A stretch of 19,172 nt of DNA from Limisphaerales bacterium (lineage in GTDB: Bacteria; Verrucomicrobiota; Verrucomicrobiia; Limisphaerales; JAJOIW01): positions 556,434 to 575,605 of the forward strand of contig CBFHOE010000001.1 in assembly GCA_965657355.1 (NCBI GenBank). The letters are read 5' to 3'. Each line of letters starts with the position of its first letter. The stretch's first letter is position 1. The notes beneath the pieces are model-generated. The model was given only the letters and a program-made list of their open reading frames with translations, did no database searches and was not told the origin of the DNA. Of this stretch, positions 17,616 to 19,172 are shown in pieces. The position numbers and the translations under genes are program-made.

Positions 17616-18398
17616 TTATGCCTGTTTTCTTTCGAGAAAACCTTTTATAGACAGAAGACCTTGGGAGTGAATCTGGCAGATTCTAGATTCCGTCAGTCCA
17701 AATATTTCAGCGATTTCACGAAGTCTGAGGTCCTCGAAATAATAAAGCATTAAAACTTTACGTTGCATATCTGGCAGTTTTTTTAGCTTTTCCCCAATCA
17801 AATAAACCAACTCGCCTTTGTGAGTCTCATCGAAAGGATCAGTTTGGTTGTCATCGGCCAAAGTTTCGTAATGACTTGGGCTGTCGTCACTCTCACTTGA
17901 CATTGGCGCGTCCAGGCAAACGAATGTAGCTGGTTTAATTTCTTCCATGAGGGCCTCATATTCGCCCTCTGAAATCCCCATTTTGTTAGAGATTTCCAAT
18001 TTTGTCGGCGCCCTGCCTAACTCTTGCTCAAGTTCTTGAACTAAAGTTTGAACTTTTCTGTTTTTGCTATGAACTGACCGCGGCACCCAATCAATTCTTC
18101 TTAATTCATCCAGCAAAGATCCACGGATTCTTACTCGTGCGTATGATTCAAATGAAGACCCCCCTTCTGGATCGAAATTACGGAGTGCATTCATCAAACC
18201 AATCATTCCAACGCTCCGCAAGTTGTCGACATCCACATGAGCAGGCAAGGAAGAGGCAAGCCTGTTTACTATTGCCCTCACTAATGGAATGTAATGGTCA
18301 ACCAAATTGGCCTCCTTATTACTTCCAGCCTCTATTCGACTGTCCACCATCACCTTTTTTCCTTCTTTCAGCGTGGTTCTTCGATTCTCATCAACCAT
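17616..18398 (-). CDS. fliA: FliA/WhiG family RNA polymerase sigma factor (sigma28), 260 aa
   Basis: GMIGLMNALRNFDP, FESYARVRIRGSLLDELRRIDWVPRSV, ELGRAPT and region 4 LREIAEIFGLTESRICQIHSQ are sigma28 hallmarks. Confidence 0.92.
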   Translation of the reverse strand: MVDENRRTTLKEGKKVMVDSRIEAGSNKEANLVDHYIPLVRAIVNRLASSLPAHVDVDNLRSVGMIGLMNALRNFDPEGGSSFESYARVRIRGSLLDELRRIDWVPRSVHSKNRKVQTLVQELEQELGRAPTKLEISNKMGISEGEYEALMEEIKPATFVCLDAPMSSESDDSPSHYETLADDNQTDPFDETHKGELVYLIGEKLKKLPDMQRKVLMLYYFEDLRLREIAEIFGLTESRICQIHSQGLLSIKGFLERKQA

Positions 18399-18634
18399 AA
18401 TTGTTTACGTTTGAAAATTTGACACATCTAATTGCTGATTTTTTGAATGTCCTCGTCTGTTGACAGAGCATTAAAGAGCTCATTTTCATGACGTGACATT
18501 TCTTCTCGCAAAGAACCTATGTCAAACTCCCTTGTTGTATAAAATTTGGCGGCTACATTTACACATTCTCAATTCACAATCTCGATTTGATTCATCCGTG
18601 AGAGACCGTGGGGCCACCGCGTCGATGGGGTTAA

Positions 18635-18651
18635 AGCAATGTTCTTGCCAA
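18635..18651 (-). promoter_or_regulatory. Sigma54 (RpoN) -24/-12 promoter upstream of the sigma28 gene
   Basis: Minus strand reads TTGGCAAGAACATTGCT against consensus YTGGCACGNNNNTTGCW. One mismatch, exact GG-N10-GC spacing, intergenic and correctly oriented. Confidence 0.75.
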
Positions 18652-18872
18652 AAAACAAATTCAGTTTGTTTTGATCGAGAATCTTTAGAAAAATATAAAT
18701 TTTTTTTTCGATCTATCCATCCAATGGGATTTTTTCGAGTTCTATCGTATTGATAGTCAATGATTTATATTTTTTCAAACTTTCAAGTATTTGACTAAAA
18801 GTGAGACTCCATTGGTTCATAATTTTTACATCGAAAAAAAAGCTAAAGGAGCGTCTCGCGACTTAAAGCACA

Positions 18873-18909
18873 AAAAAAGGACACAAAGAAAGCAGTTGTG
18901 TCCTTTTTT
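18873..18909 (-). terminator. Intrinsic terminator after the FlgM-like ORF (potentially bidirectional)
   Basis: Perfect 14-bp inverted repeat AAAAAAGGACACAA / TTGTGTCCTTTTTT with a 9-nt loop, about 24 nt past the stop at 18933. Confidence 0.85.
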
Positions 18910-18932
18910 GGGTCGCTCAATTTAAAACTCCT

Positions 18933-19148
18933 TCATCCCGATTCCCTGGGAGAACTGGATAAAAACTCTTCTAATATTTTCAATGAAGTTTTCTGAATTT
19001 GCTCATCGGATGGAAACCCCGGGTCAGCAATCAATTTTTTTCCCTCAATAACTTTTTCAGGTCTTACACCGTTTGATTTTGGCTCACTAGCAGTCTGGTC
19101 TATGCCGTTTTTCAGAGAGTTTTTGTTTCTTGCGGAGCGGTGACTCAT
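18933..19148 (-). CDS. Small protein, FlgM-like anti-sigma28 factor candidate, 71 aa
   Basis: Polar, disordered-looking N-half. C-half VRPEKVIEGKKLIADPGFPSDEQIQKTSLKILE follows the FlgM C-terminal pattern (VRxEKVxxxKxxIxxGxY...IAxxLL). It has its own terminator and is adjacent to fliA. Confidence 0.6.
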   Translation of the reverse strand: MSHRSARNKNSLKNGIDQTASEPKSNGVRPEKVIEGKKLIADPGFPSDEQIQKTSLKILEEFLSSSPRESG

Positions 19149-19172
19149 TTTTTGCTGCTATTTGAAACTTTA

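Noticed and set aside
967..18400. Numerous 60-156 aa antisense or alternate-frame ORFs (e.g. 13171-13641, 15835-16212, 18002-18400, 7272-7622)
   Set aside because: They overlap well-supported genes and have no motifs, as expected of shadow ORFs.
18493..18753. 86-aa plus-strand ORF
   Set aside because: No recognisable motif, a non-ATG start, and it runs antisense across the sigma54 promoter region.
19149..19172. Perfect sigma28 extended -35 (TAAAGTTT) on the minus strand upstream of the FlgM-like ORF
   Set aside because: No GCCGA-like -10 follows at N11; the position falls on AAAAAATG at the start codon. Any real promoter lies outside the window.
1..19172. CRISPR arrays, tRNA/rRNA, transposases, integrases, defence systems
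   Set aside because: I saw no regularly spaced repeats, cloverleaf or rRNA signatures, or matching protein motifs.

Overview
AT-rich, gene-dense bacterial chromosomal window. A PVC-superphylum (Verrucomicrobiota-like) origin is my impression from gene style, not something I can prove. Left to right: the 3' end of a GlcF-like Fe-S protein; a four-gene surface-glycan operon on the minus strand (ELM1-family protein, GT10 fucosyltransferase-like, GT4, GT-B protein); metallophosphoesterase and acylphosphatase; an SDR plus monosaccharide ABC importer; an MFS transporter; a REC-GAF-PAS-HATPase hybrid sensor kinase whose H-box His appears replaced by Arg; a CPBP protease coupled to thiL; a di-heme cytochrome c peroxidase; a FliA/WhiG (sigma28) factor; and a 71-aa FlgM-like ORF. 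The most interesting signal is a possible flagellum-independent regulatory cascade. A near-consensus sigma54 promoter lies upstream of the sigma28 gene, a separately terminated FlgM-like anti-sigma candidate sits next to it, and a correctly spaced sigma28-type promoter precedes the degenerate hybrid kinase. No flagellar structural genes are in the window. I saw no rRNA, tRNA, CRISPR array or mobile element.
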